60,354 nucleotides of DNA, taken from the NCBI GenBank assembly GCA_964396875.1, contig CAYNHK010000004.1:1-60354 (forward strand), read 5' to 3'. Made by a program: the position numbers and the translations under genes. This document shows positions 27,831 to 37,876 of the stretch, in pieces. Position 1 is the first letter of the stretch; every line of letters begins with the position of its first letter. This stretch comes from an uncultured Acidobacteriota bacterium. Its GTDB lineage: Bacteria; Acidobacteriota; Vicinamibacteria; Fen-336; JAGNNV01. The notes below the pieces were generated by a model. The model saw only the letters and a program-made list of their open reading frames with translations, did not search any database and was not told where the DNA came from.

Positions 27831-30293
27831 ATGGAAGCGCTCATCTCCGATGTTCGAGTGGCCGTTCGCGGCTTCCGCCGCCGGCCGGGTTTGAACCTCG
27901 TCTCAACCCTCACCCTCGCGCTCGGAATCGGAGGCGTCACGGGGGCGTTCAGTGTGGTGGACACCGTCCTGTTGAAGCCCCTTCCCTACTCCGATCCGGA
28001 CCGGCTCGCAGTGGTCAGGGTCGAGCTTCCGAAACTGGGCCGCTTTGGCGCCCGAGCTTCGGGGCCCGAGATCGCGGCGATCTGGGACCATGCGCGGTCT
28101 TTTGAGAAGGTGGGTTCGCTGTGGGCTCGGCCAGGCGTCCTGCGAGGTGGCGACGGCCCGGCGAGCGAGCTCGAGGCTGGATGGATAACCCCAGGCTTCA
28201 TGGAATCGCTGGGCGTGGCTCCCCACCTCGGCCGGCTCCCCACTCGCGAGGAGCTGATTTCGGAAAAGCCCGACGTGATTGTCCTCGGGTTCGAACTGTG
28301 GCAGCAGCGCTATGCGGCGGACCCCGGCATCCTCGGAAAGCGCATCAGCTTCGACGGCGAATCGTGGACCGTGATCGGCGTGATGGGGCCGGGACTGCGC
28401 ATGCTTTTCCCCCCCGACGAGGGCGTACCGGAGAAACTCGCGGCCTGGCTGCCTTGGGGCGGCAACGCGTACCGCGAGATGTCGCGCGGATTTCGCGTGT
28501 TCACCACGGTGGCGCGCCTCGCGCCCGGCGTCTCGATCGATTCGGCCGCGGCGGATCTGCGAAGGGTCGCCGAGGGGGTGCGCTCTCAAAGCAACGAGTA
28601 CGCAGCCTCGGGTTTCGGGTTTCGCGTCGAATCACTGGCAGAAGGCGCCGTCGCCCACGTGCGAACCGTGCTTCTGGTTCTCGCCGTCGTCGTGGCCTTC
28701 GTCTTGCTTGTCGCCTGCGCCAACATCACGAACTTGAGCCTGGCCCAGGCGGCCGAACTTGGTCCGGACTTCGCCGTGCGCGCAGCACTGGGAGCGAGCA
28801 GACGCCGACTGTGGCGCCAGATTCTCACTGGGAGCATCATCCTCGGAAGCGTGGGCGCGGCTATCGGCCTGGGGCTGGCCGGCGCGGCCCTGGAGTTCTT
28901 GAAGTCGATCGAGCCGGGACGCCTCCCCCGAATTGAAGAAATTGACCTCGACCGCCGCGCGGTCGCGATGGCCGCCACCGCGTCGTTTCTCGCCGCCCTG
29001 ATTTCCGGTGGAATCGCGGCCGCCCGCTCGATCGGCCTTACCATTCCCTCTTCCCTTCACCTTGAGGTTCGCGGCGCCACCCGTCCGCGCTCGTTCCTCC
29101 GCGGCCCACTCGTCGTGAGTCAGATCGCGGTGTCCCTTGTGCTCCTGGTCGGTGCGGGCCTCATACTGCGCAGCGCGGTGCACCTCGCCCAGGTGGACCC
29201 CGGTTTCGACCCCCGCAATGTGTTGACCCTCCGCCTTTCCCTTCCGGACGTGGATTACAGCTACCGGGAACAGGGCGCGAAGATCGCCGACTTCTACCGG
29301 CGTCTCGATGCGAGCATCGGGAGTCTGCCGGGAGTCGAGCAGGTCGGGGCCACGCTCAACCCGCCCCTCTCAGGCCTGCCGATCCGAACCAGACCGTTTA
29401 CCTTTCGATCCGCGGCGGGCGAGGGTGAATGGGGCAGCATGGTCGCCCGCTACAGCACGGTCACTCCAGGGTGGTTCAAGGCAGCTCGCGTGCGCCTCAC
29501 TGCCGGCAGATTCCTGGAACCCGCCGACGACCGGAATCATCCTCTCGCCGTCGTCGTGAACACCACGCTGGCCCGCCGGGCCTGGCCCGGCGACGCCGCG
29601 ATTGGCCAGCCCATCCGGGTTGAGGTCTTTCGGGACGGCACGTTCGGGCCGGCCTGGGGTGAAGTCGTGGGCGTGGTCGAGCCGGTGAAGATGAGCGGGC
29701 TCGAGATCGAAGATGGCGATCAGTTGTACCTCGCCCACGCCCAGGCCCCGCAACGCACCATGTTTCTCACGGTTCGGACATCCGTCCCGCCGCTGTCCCT
29801 CGTGTCGAGCGTGCAGGCCCGGGTGGAGTCGATCGAGAAGGATTTGCCGGTTTTCGATGTTCGCCTCGCGGAGGAGCACGTCGCACACGCTATGGCGCTC
29901 ACCCGCTTCGCCCTTTGGACCTTGGCCGCCTTCGCGGGACTTGCGGCGGCCCTGGCTTCAGCCGGCGTCTACTCCGTCATGTCCTTCATGGTGGGCCAGA
30001 AGCGGCGCGAGTTCGGCATCCGGCTCGCCCTCGGCGCAACCCCGCGAACCATCCGTGGGCAGGTCCTCCAGCAGGGCGCTGGCCTCATCTGCGTCGGCGT
30101 GGCGCTCGGACTCCTGGGCGCGCTGGCGCTTTCGCGGGGGCTCTCGAGTCTGCTCTTCGGGGTCACCTCCAACGACCCGGCGACATTCCTGGTCGTTGCC
30201 GCACTGCTATCGGCGGCGGGGCTTCTGGCCTGCTCGATCCCCGCCCGTCGCGCCGCGAGCGTCGATCCAATCGAAGTTCTTCGCAATGAGTGA
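27831..30293 (+). CDS. ADOP-family duplicated orphan permease (MacB/FtsX-type, no ATPase domain)
   Basis: Start at MEALISDVRVAVRGFRRRPGLNLVSTLTLALGIGGVTGAFSVVDTVLLKPLPYSDPDRL (the ADOP N-terminal signature). Two FtsX-type 4-TM modules, each with a large periplasmic domain. Confidence 0.9.
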   Translation: MEALISDVRVAVRGFRRRPGLNLVSTLTLALGIGGVTGAFSVVDTVLLKPLPYSDPDRLAVVRVELPKLGRFGARASGPEIAAIWDHARSFEKVGSLWARPGVLRGGDGPASELEAGWITPGFMESLGVAPHLGRLPTREELISEKPDVIVLGFELWQQRYAADPGILGKRISFDGESWTVIGVMGPGLRMLFPPDEGVPEKLAAWLPWGGNAYREMSRGFRVFTTVARLAPGVSIDSAAADLRRVAEGVRSQSNEYAASGFGFRVESLAEGAVAHVRTVLLVLAVVVAFVLLVACANITNLSLAQAAELGPDFAVRAALGASRRRLWRQILTGSIILGSVGAAIGLGLAGAALEFLKSIEPGRLPRIEEIDLDRRAVAMAATASFLAALISGGIAAARSIGLTIPSSLHLEVRGATRPRSFLRGPLVVSQIAVSLVLLVGAGLILRSAVHLAQVDPGFDPRNVLTLRLSLPDVDYSYREQGAKIADFYRRLDASIGSLPGVEQVGATLNPPLSGLPIRTRPFTFRSAAGEGEWGSMVARYSTVTPGWFKAARVRLTAGRFLEPADDRNHPLAVVVNTTLARRAWPGDAAIGQPIRVEVFRDGTFGPAWGEVVGVVEPVKMSGLEIEDGDQLYLAHAQAPQRTMFLTVRTSVPPLSLVSSVQARVESIEKDLPVFDVRLAEEHVAHAMALTRFALWTLAAFAGLAAALASAGVYSVMSFMVGQKRREFGIRLALGATPRTIRGQVLQQGAGLICVGVALGLLGALALSRGLSSLLFGVTSNDPATFLVVAALLSAAGLLACSIPARRAASVDPIEVLRNE

Positions 30294-30438
30294 CAAACTT
30301 TCGTACCGCGGCGTTCATCTCCGGCAACTGGCGCCACTTCTCCACCCTTCCTGTCTCCTGCGCATCGCACAGTGGGTTCGGCGAGAAGGGCGGAAGTGGG
30401 GCTTTCGTGAGGACCATGGACCCCACTAGCGTCGATAC

Positions 30439-30996
30439 GTGATGTCCACGCTGACGACCCTCGCTTCCCGGGCTTGTTGCACCCTCGTCCTTACGGGTTT
30501 GGCGGGGATGGCCGTCGCGAGCGCTGCCGCCGAGCCTGGCGCGCCGGGCCCCTCCGCGGAGATTCCCGCCGGATGTGACAACGCCCTTTCCCGGGAGTTC
30601 GACTTCTGGCTGGGCGAGTGGCGGGTCATCGCGGGCGGCAAGATGGTCGCCACCAGCCGCATTGAGAGCATTCTCGGCGGGTGCGTGATCCTCGAAAGCT
30701 ACGAAGACCCCTCAGGGTATCGCGGACAGAGCTTCAACTTCTATGACACCCACCTGAAGAAGTGGCGCCAGACCTGGGTGGATACCTCGGGCAGCGTGAG
30801 CGAGTTCTCAGGAACCGTTCGCGACGGGGCGATGCGGTACGAAGGAGAAACCCATCGACAAGGTCGGCGGATTCTCCGGAGGATGACGGTCTCCAACCAG
30901 GGCCGCGATCGCGTTCGGCAGTTTTCTGAACACTCGACGGACGAAGGAAAGACCTGGGCGATCGCCTACGACTTCGTCTACCTCCGGACGAAATGA
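30439..30996 (+). CDS. Secreted hypothetical protein (~185 aa)
   Basis: Signal peptide ...LTGLAGMAVASAAA, then FDFWLGEWRV and a beta-rich body. The stop overlaps the next ATG as ATGA (30993-30996). Confidence 0.6.
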   Translation: MMSTLTTLASRACCTLVLTGLAGMAVASAAAEPGAPGPSAEIPAGCDNALSREFDFWLGEWRVIAGGKMVATSRIESILGGCVILESYEDPSGYRGQSFNFYDTHLKKWRQTWVDTSGSVSEFSGTVRDGAMRYEGETHRQGRRILRRMTVSNQGRDRVRQFSEHSTDEGKTWAIAYDFVYLRTK

Positions 30997-32747
30997 ACCC
31001 CAAGAATCAAAGGAACCCAGAGCCGGCCATGTTTGAAGCCCCGACCCATCGCCTCACTCGCGCCGCCTTCGCCGCGAGCTTCGCCTTCTCACTCCTCGCC
31101 ACCGACGCCGCCCTCGCTCAACCCCCGCAGACCACTCCGCCCGAGGTGGCGGCGGCGCAGCGGCAATTCCAGGCGGAGGACTTCAGGGGCGTCATCGCCA
31201 CGCTCGAGCCCTACTTCGCCAAGAATCCGTCGAGCGTAGCGGGCTGGCAGATTCTCGGCGACTCCTACCGACGCACGGGCAATCTCGACAAAGCTCTCGA
31301 GGCTCACCTCAAGGACTCCCAATCGCGTCCGGGCCGGCTCCGCGGGTCGTTCAACGCCGCGGTCATCCACATTCTGAAAGGAGACAAGGAGAGCGCACTT
31401 CGGCTCCTGCGGGTCCTGCGCGAAAGCGGCAGCTACGACATGGATCTCGTCGCGGGGAACCCGGATCTGGCGCCCCTCAAGGCGGATCCGCGATACAAGG
31501 ACCTGTTCTTTCAGCCTCGCGATTTCGCCGAGCCCTTCGTCGAACCCGTCCACATCGTCCACGAGTGGAGAGGTGAGAACAAGGGCGACATGTTCGGCTG
31601 GATCGCCCGGAGGCTGGGCGATGTCGATGGCGATGGCATCTCCGATGTCGTGACTTCGGCGGCAAGCTTCAGTATCGCGGGGCAGGGTGCGGGGAAGGTC
31701 TACGTGTACTCAGGCAAGACGGGAAAACTCCTGTGGTCGAAGACGGGCGAAAAAGGCGAGAGCCTGGGCGCCGGTCTCGAGAGCGCGGGCGACGTGAACG
31801 GCGACGGCGTGGGCGACGTGATCGCCGGCTCGCCCATGAGCGGCAAGGCGTATGTCTTCGAGGGACGAACCGGCCGACTGATCTGGGCGCTCAGCGCCGG
31901 GGAGGCCGGAGCACGATTTGGCCGAGGAACATCCTTCGCGGGTGATCTGGACGGTGATGGTTGCGGAGACATCATCGTGGGCGCGCCCGGCGCTGCCGGC
32001 TCGACCACGGATCCCGGTCACGCTTACACCTTCTCGGGCAAGACGGGCAAGCTCCTCACCACACTCAAGGGAGAGAGCGCAGGCGACGGCTTTGGCAGCA
32101 TCGTCGCGGGAAGCCGGGACCCACGGCATCCATTTCTGGTCGTGGGTGCGCCGGCCGCCGGTCCGGTCAACACCGGAAGGGCTTACGTCTACCGCGGGAT
32201 GGATCAGCCCGCGAAGTTCGTGATCGACAACGAGGACGGCGGCGTGGCCCTCGGTTTCATGTTCGTGTCGGTGGTCGGTGACACCAACAAGGACGGGACT
32301 CCCGACATCTACGCATCCGACTGGTCGAGCGGCACCGGAGGCCCGTCCACCGGCCGCGTCTTCGTGCACTCCGGAGTTGACGGAAGGCGGCTCCTCACGT
32401 TGGCCGGAGAGGGCCCGGGCGATGGCTTCGGGGTCGGCTCCGCCGACGTGGGGGACGTCAACGCGGATGGTCACGACGATCTGCTCCTCGGCGCCTGGCA
32501 GCACCGGTCAGCCGCTCAGTCGGGTGGGCGGCTCCATGTACTCTCCGGGCGCGACGGATCGCTCCTGCGCAGGATCACCGGCAAGATTCCGGGCGAAACG
32601 CTCGGGTTCGATGCTGCGGGAGTCGGTGACGTCACCGGAGACGGCATCCCCGATTATCTGGTGACGTCGGCCTACAGCCAGGTGAACGGTTTCCAGTCCG
32701 GCCGTGTTTTTGTCCTGTCCGGCGCCGCGCCCACATCCTCGAGGTGA
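30993..32747 (+). CDS. Exported TPR + FG-GAP (integrin-alpha-like beta-propeller) repeat protein
   Basis: Signal peptide, then a TPR-like helical segment. After that come repeated Ca-binding FG-GAP motifs: GDVDGDGISDVV, GDVNGDGVGDVIAGSP, GDLDGDGCGDIIVGAP, GDTNKDGTPDIY, GDVNADGHDDLLLGA, GDVTGDGIPDYLV. Confidence 0.85.
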   Translation: MNPKNQRNPEPAMFEAPTHRLTRAAFAASFAFSLLATDAALAQPPQTTPPEVAAAQRQFQAEDFRGVIATLEPYFAKNPSSVAGWQILGDSYRRTGNLDKALEAHLKDSQSRPGRLRGSFNAAVIHILKGDKESALRLLRVLRESGSYDMDLVAGNPDLAPLKADPRYKDLFFQPRDFAEPFVEPVHIVHEWRGENKGDMFGWIARRLGDVDGDGISDVVTSAASFSIAGQGAGKVYVYSGKTGKLLWSKTGEKGESLGAGLESAGDVNGDGVGDVIAGSPMSGKAYVFEGRTGRLIWALSAGEAGARFGRGTSFAGDLDGDGCGDIIVGAPGAAGSTTDPGHAYTFSGKTGKLLTTLKGESAGDGFGSIVAGSRDPRHPFLVVGAPAAGPVNTGRAYVYRGMDQPAKFVIDNEDGGVALGFMFVSVVGDTNKDGTPDIYASDWSSGTGGPSTGRVFVHSGVDGRRLLTLAGEGPGDGFGVGSADVGDVNADGHDDLLLGAWQHRSAAQSGGRLHVLSGRDGSLLRRITGKIPGETLGFDAAGVGDVTGDGIPDYLVTSAYSQVNGFQSGRVFVLSGAAPTSSR

Positions 32748-32750
32748 CCG

Positions 32751-35162
32751 ATGTTTGACGATCTCCTTCGCGCGTTCCGGTCGGTCTCGATCACCCCCCA
32801 ACTGAGCGCCGCGGTGATCCTGAGCCTGGGCCTCGGCATCGGCATGAATACCGCCGTGTTCAGTGTGGTCAACACAGTGCTGCTGCAGCCCCTGCCCTAT
32901 ACCGACCCCGACGAACTGCTCGTGGTTCGGGCCGCCTTGACCAACGATGGGGTCGAGAACACACTGCTGTCCGGAGCGATCTTCAGGGAGCTTAGGCAGT
33001 CGCTGGGTCAGGTGCACGAGGTCGCCGCAATCGCCGCGGTTCGGCAGAACTTCACCGGCGCCGGCCTTCCGTCCCAGGTCCAGGTCGGCTGGACTTCGAA
33101 CAACTTCCTGTCCCTGCTCGGAGCCCGCCCGGCCCTCGGACGGAACTTCGCTCTCGACGAGCCGCCTGGCCGCGTTCTGGTGAGCGACCATTTCTGGCAC
33201 CGCCAATTCGGCGCGGACCCGAACGTGGTGGGCCGCCGCGTGTTCCTCGACGGCTTCTCGTACGAAATTGTAGGGGTGATGCCCCGGGACTTCCGGCTCG
33301 AGTTGCCTCGAATGCCGACCGAGGTGGATGTCTGGAAAGCGCCGGATGCGTGGTGGCAGAACGGGGATATCTGGAACTCCACAGACCTGAGCGGCGGTGT
33401 GCTGCGACTCGTGGCCCGGCTGAAAACAGGCGCGACCCTCGAAGGCGCCCGCGCGGAGCTTGCGGGCATCGGGTCCCGCTTGCGAAACGACTCGGCCGAA
33501 CTCAATCGGGCGGGCCTCGAGCTGAGTTTCGATCCCCTTCATGACGCGCTGGTGTCGCGCGTACGCCCCGGTCTATGGCTTTTGCTGGGCGCGGCCGGCG
33601 CGGTTCTTCTCGTGGCCTGCGCGAACGTGATGAACCTGCAACTGGTCCGCGCGCAGCGGCGAAGCCGGGAGATTGCCCTTCGTCTTGCGATGGGCGCCTC
33701 GAGGGGACAGGTGGTTCGGATGCTCCTTCTCGAGGCCGCGGTTCTGTCGGCGGCGGGCGCTTTGGTTGGACTCCTTCTCGGCTGGGGATCCCTGCGCGTT
33801 CTCCAGACCGTGATGCCGCCCGATCTTCCGCGGGCCGGCGCGGTGGGTCTCGACGCCTTCGTGTTGTTGTTCGCGGGGGCGTTGGGCCTTGGAACCGCCC
33901 TGATCTTTGGTCTCGCTCCCTCGCTCAAAGCCACACGAACCGATCCCGCCCGGGAACTTCATGGCGGGCGCGCGACCAGCGGACCTGGCCGGCAGTGGGC
34001 GAGCGGCGCGTTGATCTCCGTTCAGATCGCGCTGAGCCTGGTGCTTCTTCTCGGCCTTGGCCTGCTGGGTCGAAGCCTCGAACGAATCTACGAAGAGCCT
34101 CTCGGCTTCACGCGCGACCGGCTGCTCACTTTCACGGTCTCTCTTCCCGGAGCCAGATACGAACGCCCGCTTGGAACCGATCGTTTTCTCGTCCGGCTCG
34201 AGGCCGCGATCGAGGCGGTGCCGGGGGCTCGCGGGGCAGCTTCGATCTGGCCGCTGCCGTTTTCGCGAAAGCGCTGGAGCGGCAACTACGAGGGCGGAAT
34301 CGTGAACGCGGACCGGAAGGGCACGGCCGACTACCGTCTGGTGACACCGCATCTGTTCAAGACCATCGAGGCGCCACTCGTGGAAGGGCGTTCGTTCGAA
34401 CCTTCCGATTCCCGCCACACCGTCGTGGTCAGCCGCAGTGTGGCCGAACGGGCGTTCCCCAATGAAAGCGCCCTCGGCCGGCGACTGCGCGCCACGCCCT
34501 GGGGCAGGACCGCCGAAGAGTTCGAGATCGTCGGCGTTGTCGACGATCAGCGGCACCGTTCGCGGCGTGAGGCGCCCACGGACGCGCTCTACTTCGATTC
34601 GCGCGGATGGTCCTGGACCGACTGGGAGATCGGCATGGTGGTGCGCGCCGAGGGAGATCCGATGACTCTCGTCGAGCCCATCCGGCGCGAACTGGCGAGA
34701 CTCGATCCTGAGGTCCCCATGGCCGATGTCCAACCGATGGACGACCTCGTCGCTCGAGACGTCGCGAGCCAGCGCTTCGCCTTGAGCCTCCTCACCGCTT
34801 TCGCGGTGATCGCCCTGGTCCTCGCCCTGATCGGGGTCTACGGTGTCGTTTCGTGGAACGTCGCGCAGCGCACCCGCGAGATCGGCATTCGCCTGGCGCT
34901 TGGAGCAGACGAGCGGAGAATCGTCGCCGGCGTCGTGAGGCGTGGCGCGAAAGCGGCCGCGCTGGGAGCCGTCATCGGGCTTGCCGCGAGCGCCGCCACG
35001 GCTCGGGGCCTCGCGAGCCTGCTCTATGGTGTTTCGCCGTACGATCCCGCGGTCTTCCTCGGCGGCTTGCTCGTGCTTTACACAACCGCGCTCGTGGCCG
35101 CGTATGTTCCCGCCCGTCGGGCCGCGGCGGTGGACGCCACCCGCACGTTGCGAGCGGAATGA
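32751..35162 (+). CDS. ADOP-family duplicated orphan permease (second copy)
   Basis: Same architecture as 27831-30293 (FSVVNTVLLQPLPYTDPDELLV; two FtsX modules). Starts 3 nt after the FG-GAP stop. Confidence 0.9.
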   Translation: MFDDLLRAFRSVSITPQLSAAVILSLGLGIGMNTAVFSVVNTVLLQPLPYTDPDELLVVRAALTNDGVENTLLSGAIFRELRQSLGQVHEVAAIAAVRQNFTGAGLPSQVQVGWTSNNFLSLLGARPALGRNFALDEPPGRVLVSDHFWHRQFGADPNVVGRRVFLDGFSYEIVGVMPRDFRLELPRMPTEVDVWKAPDAWWQNGDIWNSTDLSGGVLRLVARLKTGATLEGARAELAGIGSRLRNDSAELNRAGLELSFDPLHDALVSRVRPGLWLLLGAAGAVLLVACANVMNLQLVRAQRRSREIALRLAMGASRGQVVRMLLLEAAVLSAAGALVGLLLGWGSLRVLQTVMPPDLPRAGAVGLDAFVLLFAGALGLGTALIFGLAPSLKATRTDPARELHGGRATSGPGRQWASGALISVQIALSLVLLLGLGLLGRSLERIYEEPLGFTRDRLLTFTVSLPGARYERPLGTDRFLVRLEAAIEAVPGARGAASIWPLPFSRKRWSGNYEGGIVNADRKGTADYRLVTPHLFKTIEAPLVEGRSFEPSDSRHTVVVSRSVAERAFPNESALGRRLRATPWGRTAEEFEIVGVVDDQRHRSRREAPTDALYFDSRGWSWTDWEIGMVVRAEGDPMTLVEPIRRELARLDPEVPMADVQPMDDLVARDVASQRFALSLLTAFAVIALVLALIGVYGVVSWNVAQRTREIGIRLALGADERRIVAGVVRRGAKAAALGAVIGLAASAATARGLASLLYGVSPYDPAVFLGGLLVLYTTALVAAYVPARRAAAVDATRTLRAE

Positions 35163-35181
35163 AGAGACGAAAGGACGACCT

Positions 35182-36087
35182 CTGAGAATCCCATCGGTCG
35201 AAGTTCGGAAGCGGGCCTTGCTCGCTGCATTGACGGGGCTGATGGCGGCCGCGGCGGACGCCCCGCTTTCGGCCGCGCCACCCCAGGGCCCCGCGCTCTT
35301 CTTGCCGGGAAGGGGGTCGCGGGATCTCCTGCTCGCCGGAGCCACGTTCTCGCCCGATGAACGATCCGTCTACTTCACGAGGTACTCCGCGTTCACGGTC
35401 GAGGCCGTGAAGACGATCCTTGTCTCCCATCGGACCGGAGACGAGTGGTCGGATCCTGTGCCGGTGTCTTTCTCCGGTCGATGGTCCGACACGACACCGT
35501 TCGTTTCGCCCGACGGACGGCGGCTCTACTTCGCGTCGAACCGGCCGGTCAAGGGTGAGACGAAGGAAGACTTCGACATCTGGTTCGTCGAGAGAAACGG
35601 AGACGGATGGAGCGAACCCCGCCATGTCGGGGCGATCAACGGTCCGGCGAACGAAACGTCACCCGCCCTCACCGCTTCAGGGGTTCTCTACTTCTGTTCG
35701 TGGCGAGAGGAGGGGAGCCTGGGGCTCGGAGACCTCTGGCGCGCGGAGCCCGTGGCCGGCGGATTCGGCTCGCCCCGTAATCTCGGGCCGACCATCAATG
35801 GGCCCAGCGGCGAGTGGGGCGTGACCGTGAGTCCGGACGAGCAGCTCATCGTGTTCGAGTCGTCCGGCCGACCGGAGGGGCTCTCGGGCGCTGGTGACCT
35901 TTACATGAGCCAAAGGGTCAATGGGACGTGGGCACCGGCGGTCCATCTGAAGGCGCCGATCAATTCGGCCGGGAGCGACCTAGCTCCACGGGTTTCGCCT
36001 GACGGTCGGGAGTTGTATTTCGCCAGTACTCGGAGCGGTCATCTGCAAATGTGGCGCGTCCCGCTGCCCGTGAGCCTGGAACGCTGA
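35182..36087 (+). CDS. PD40/TolB-like beta-propeller repeat protein, exported
   Basis: Repeats FSPDERSVYF, VSPDGRRLYFASNR, VSPDEQLIVF, VSPDGRELYFASTR. The signal-like segment VEVRKRALLAALTGLMAAAADA requires a start at or before 35200. CTG at 35182 sits 6 nt after AAGGA. The start codon is uncertain (ATG 35104, TTG 35218 and ATG 35242 are alternatives). Confidence 0.72.
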   Translation: MRIPSVEVRKRALLAALTGLMAAAADAPLSAAPPQGPALFLPGRGSRDLLLAGATFSPDERSVYFTRYSAFTVEAVKTILVSHRTGDEWSDPVPVSFSGRWSDTTPFVSPDGRRLYFASNRPVKGETKEDFDIWFVERNGDGWSEPRHVGAINGPANETSPALTASGVLYFCSWREEGSLGLGDLWRAEPVAGGFGSPRNLGPTINGPSGEWGVTVSPDEQLIVFESSGRPEGLSGAGDLYMSQRVNGTWAPAVHLKAPINSAGSDLAPRVSPDGRELYFASTRSGHLQMWRVPLPVSLER

Positions 36088-36094
36088 TCACCCT

Positions 36095-37876
36095 TCAGGG
36101 ACTGAGACACAGACCCACGCGGTGGCCAAACCCCGTGCCTTCCGCCGCGAACCCCGCGCCGCTTCTCAAAACGCGCGAGGCCGGGGCCGGCATCGCGTCC
36201 CAGCCCAATCGCGTGGCGAGGCGGCGATGCGCGTCATCGTAGGTCAGGCTCAGCATCGTCGAACCTCGCTGGGAGTCACGGGCGGGCAGGCGGATGTTCA
36301 ATCGCCACTGGCCGTCAACCGTCGCGACATCGATCGTCTCCGGCCTGGAGCCGAAAACCGCGGAAAGATCGGCCGCGGGCCACTCGCGACGCCAGATGAG
36401 TCCCGAGCCCTTCGGATGTCGCGGGCAGCCGGTGACGCGCCTGTCGCCTCCACCCCAGATGAAGTGGGGAGACGCTGGGTCGCCGCCGCAGGCCGCAGTC
36501 CACAGGTCGGGGCCACCTGGTTTGGAAAGCACCCCCTGCAGCGCCTGGGCCCACTCGGCGTCTGTGAGATCGCCTGCCATTTCTTTTTCGTTCCTGGCCG
36601 CATCCGGTCGCAACCAGCGGGGCACCGGCCCCTCGCCCACAAACCATGCGCAATGGGTCGAATCGCAGACGTCGGCTTCCGGGTGACGCGCGCCGCGCTG
36701 GAGGTATCGCAGGGCCGCGGACCCAAGTTGCGTCCGCAGGACACCCGCGGTCGTCCCAAGTTCGGCCTTCAGAACACCATTCGCGTAGTCGCGCGCGCTC
36801 ATGGTCGCCACGAGACGAATGGGCCCTGCCTGATCCACGACCGCGATCGCCCCGCGAATACGCCTCTCGAACTCAGGATTCTCCGCGGTGATCCGCCACA
36901 GGCCCGCTGAGAAGCGATCTCCAGGCACGGCGTTTACGGAGCCGCCGGGGCCGATAAATCCGCGCGACGAATCGGCGGGACCCGTGCCGATGTTCTGAAG
37001 GCGGACTTCATCGAGCCGCAATTCGTCGAGCATTCGAACGAGCACAGGGTCTTCGAGACCGCGCTTCTTCTCGCGCGGCCTCACCCGTGACGAGGCGCCC
37101 GTGGGCACGGATCGTCGGCCCACGCCGGTTCGAATCTTCGCGATCTCGTCTCCCGCCCGGATGGCCGCTTCACGCCCGGTGCCGCGTCGAAGCAGCCCCA
37201 GAAACGCGAAGCCGCCATCATCAACGGCCATCACGAAACCCGAGGTCCGAAGGGGCGCGCCATCGAGGGCGGGCACGGTTCCGGTCTTGGCCATGAAGCC
37301 AAAGAGCCGAAGGCCGGATGCCGTTCCGAAAAACGCCGACTCCTTCATGCCCTCGATCAACTCTCGACGGACGTCTTCGCGGCTTGTCCAGGGAGAGCGA
37401 ACGAGTTCGGCGTAGCTCGCGAGCAGCCGCTCGGGCGCGATAGTCACGGCCGCGGGCCCCGGCAGACCGATGGCCTCGGCCTCGCTCATCTCGCCCGCCC
37501 AGGAAAAGCCCGCGTCGAGGAACGATTCCCTTCTCGCTCCCGCGGGAGTGTCGCGCGCGATCTGCAGGAAGTAGGAGTTGCACGACTCGCGGATTGCGCC
37601 GCGCAGGTCGAGAGAGCCGTGGCCGCCGGGGCGCCAGCAGCCCGAAGTCCTCGTGCACATGATCCGGGGCGTCGCTTCCCGCGCATGCGCGGAAGCCCAC
37701 GCTCGCATCAGGAAGGGCTTCTGGAGCGAACCCACGGCGAGGCGCGCTTCTTTGGGAGTCCCAACGATCTGAATCTGTCCACGATTGCGGACCCACGCAT
37801 CGAAGTCGGCGGCCGACAGGGGCCCGGCAGCAAGCGCGCTCAGTATCAGCGCGGCAATCGGGGCCCGGCGCGCCAA
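36095..37876 (-). CDS. Fusion protein: compact penicillin-binding/class-D-beta-lactamase-like domain + SpoIID/LytB-like domain
   Basis: Signal peptide MARRAPIAALILSALAAGPLSA. SxxK = SLQK (aa 50-53, nt 37718-37729), SxN = SCN (aa 98-100), KTG (aa 197-199). The C-terminal half carries SARDYANGVLKAELG...DVCDSTHCAWFVG, like the SpoIID signature. TTG start immediately follows the upstream TAG. Confidence 0.8.
   Translation of the reverse strand: MARRAPIAALILSALAAGPLSAADFDAWVRNRGQIQIVGTPKEARLAVGSLQKPFLMRAWASAHAREATPRIMCTRTSGCWRPGGHGSLDLRGAIRESCNSYFLQIARDTPAGARRESFLDAGFSWAGEMSEAEAIGLPGPAAVTIAPERLLASYAELVRSPWTSREDVRRELIEGMKESAFFGTASGLRLFGFMAKTGTVPALDGAPLRTSGFVMAVDDGGFAFLGLLRRGTGREAAIRAGDEIAKIRTGVGRRSVPTGASSRVRPREKKRGLEDPVLVRMLDELRLDEVRLQNIGTGPADSSRGFIGPGGSVNAVPGDRFSAGLWRITAENPEFERRIRGAIAVVDQAGPIRLVATMSARDYANGVLKAELGTTAGVLRTQLGSAALRYLQRGARHPEADVCDSTHCAWFVGEGPVPRWLRPDAARNEKEMAGDLTDAEWAQALQGVLSKPGGPDLWTAACGGDPASPHFIWGGGDRRVTGCPRHPKGSGLIWRREWPAADLSAVFGSRPETIDVATVDGQWRLNIRLPARDSQRGSTMLSLTYDDAHRRLATRLGWDAMPAPASRVLRSGAGFAAEGTGFGHRVGLCLSP

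Noticed and set aside
33573-35345. 590-aa minus-strand ORF
   Set aside because: It lies antisense to the second ADOP permease, whose N-terminal signature and TM pattern are unambiguous.
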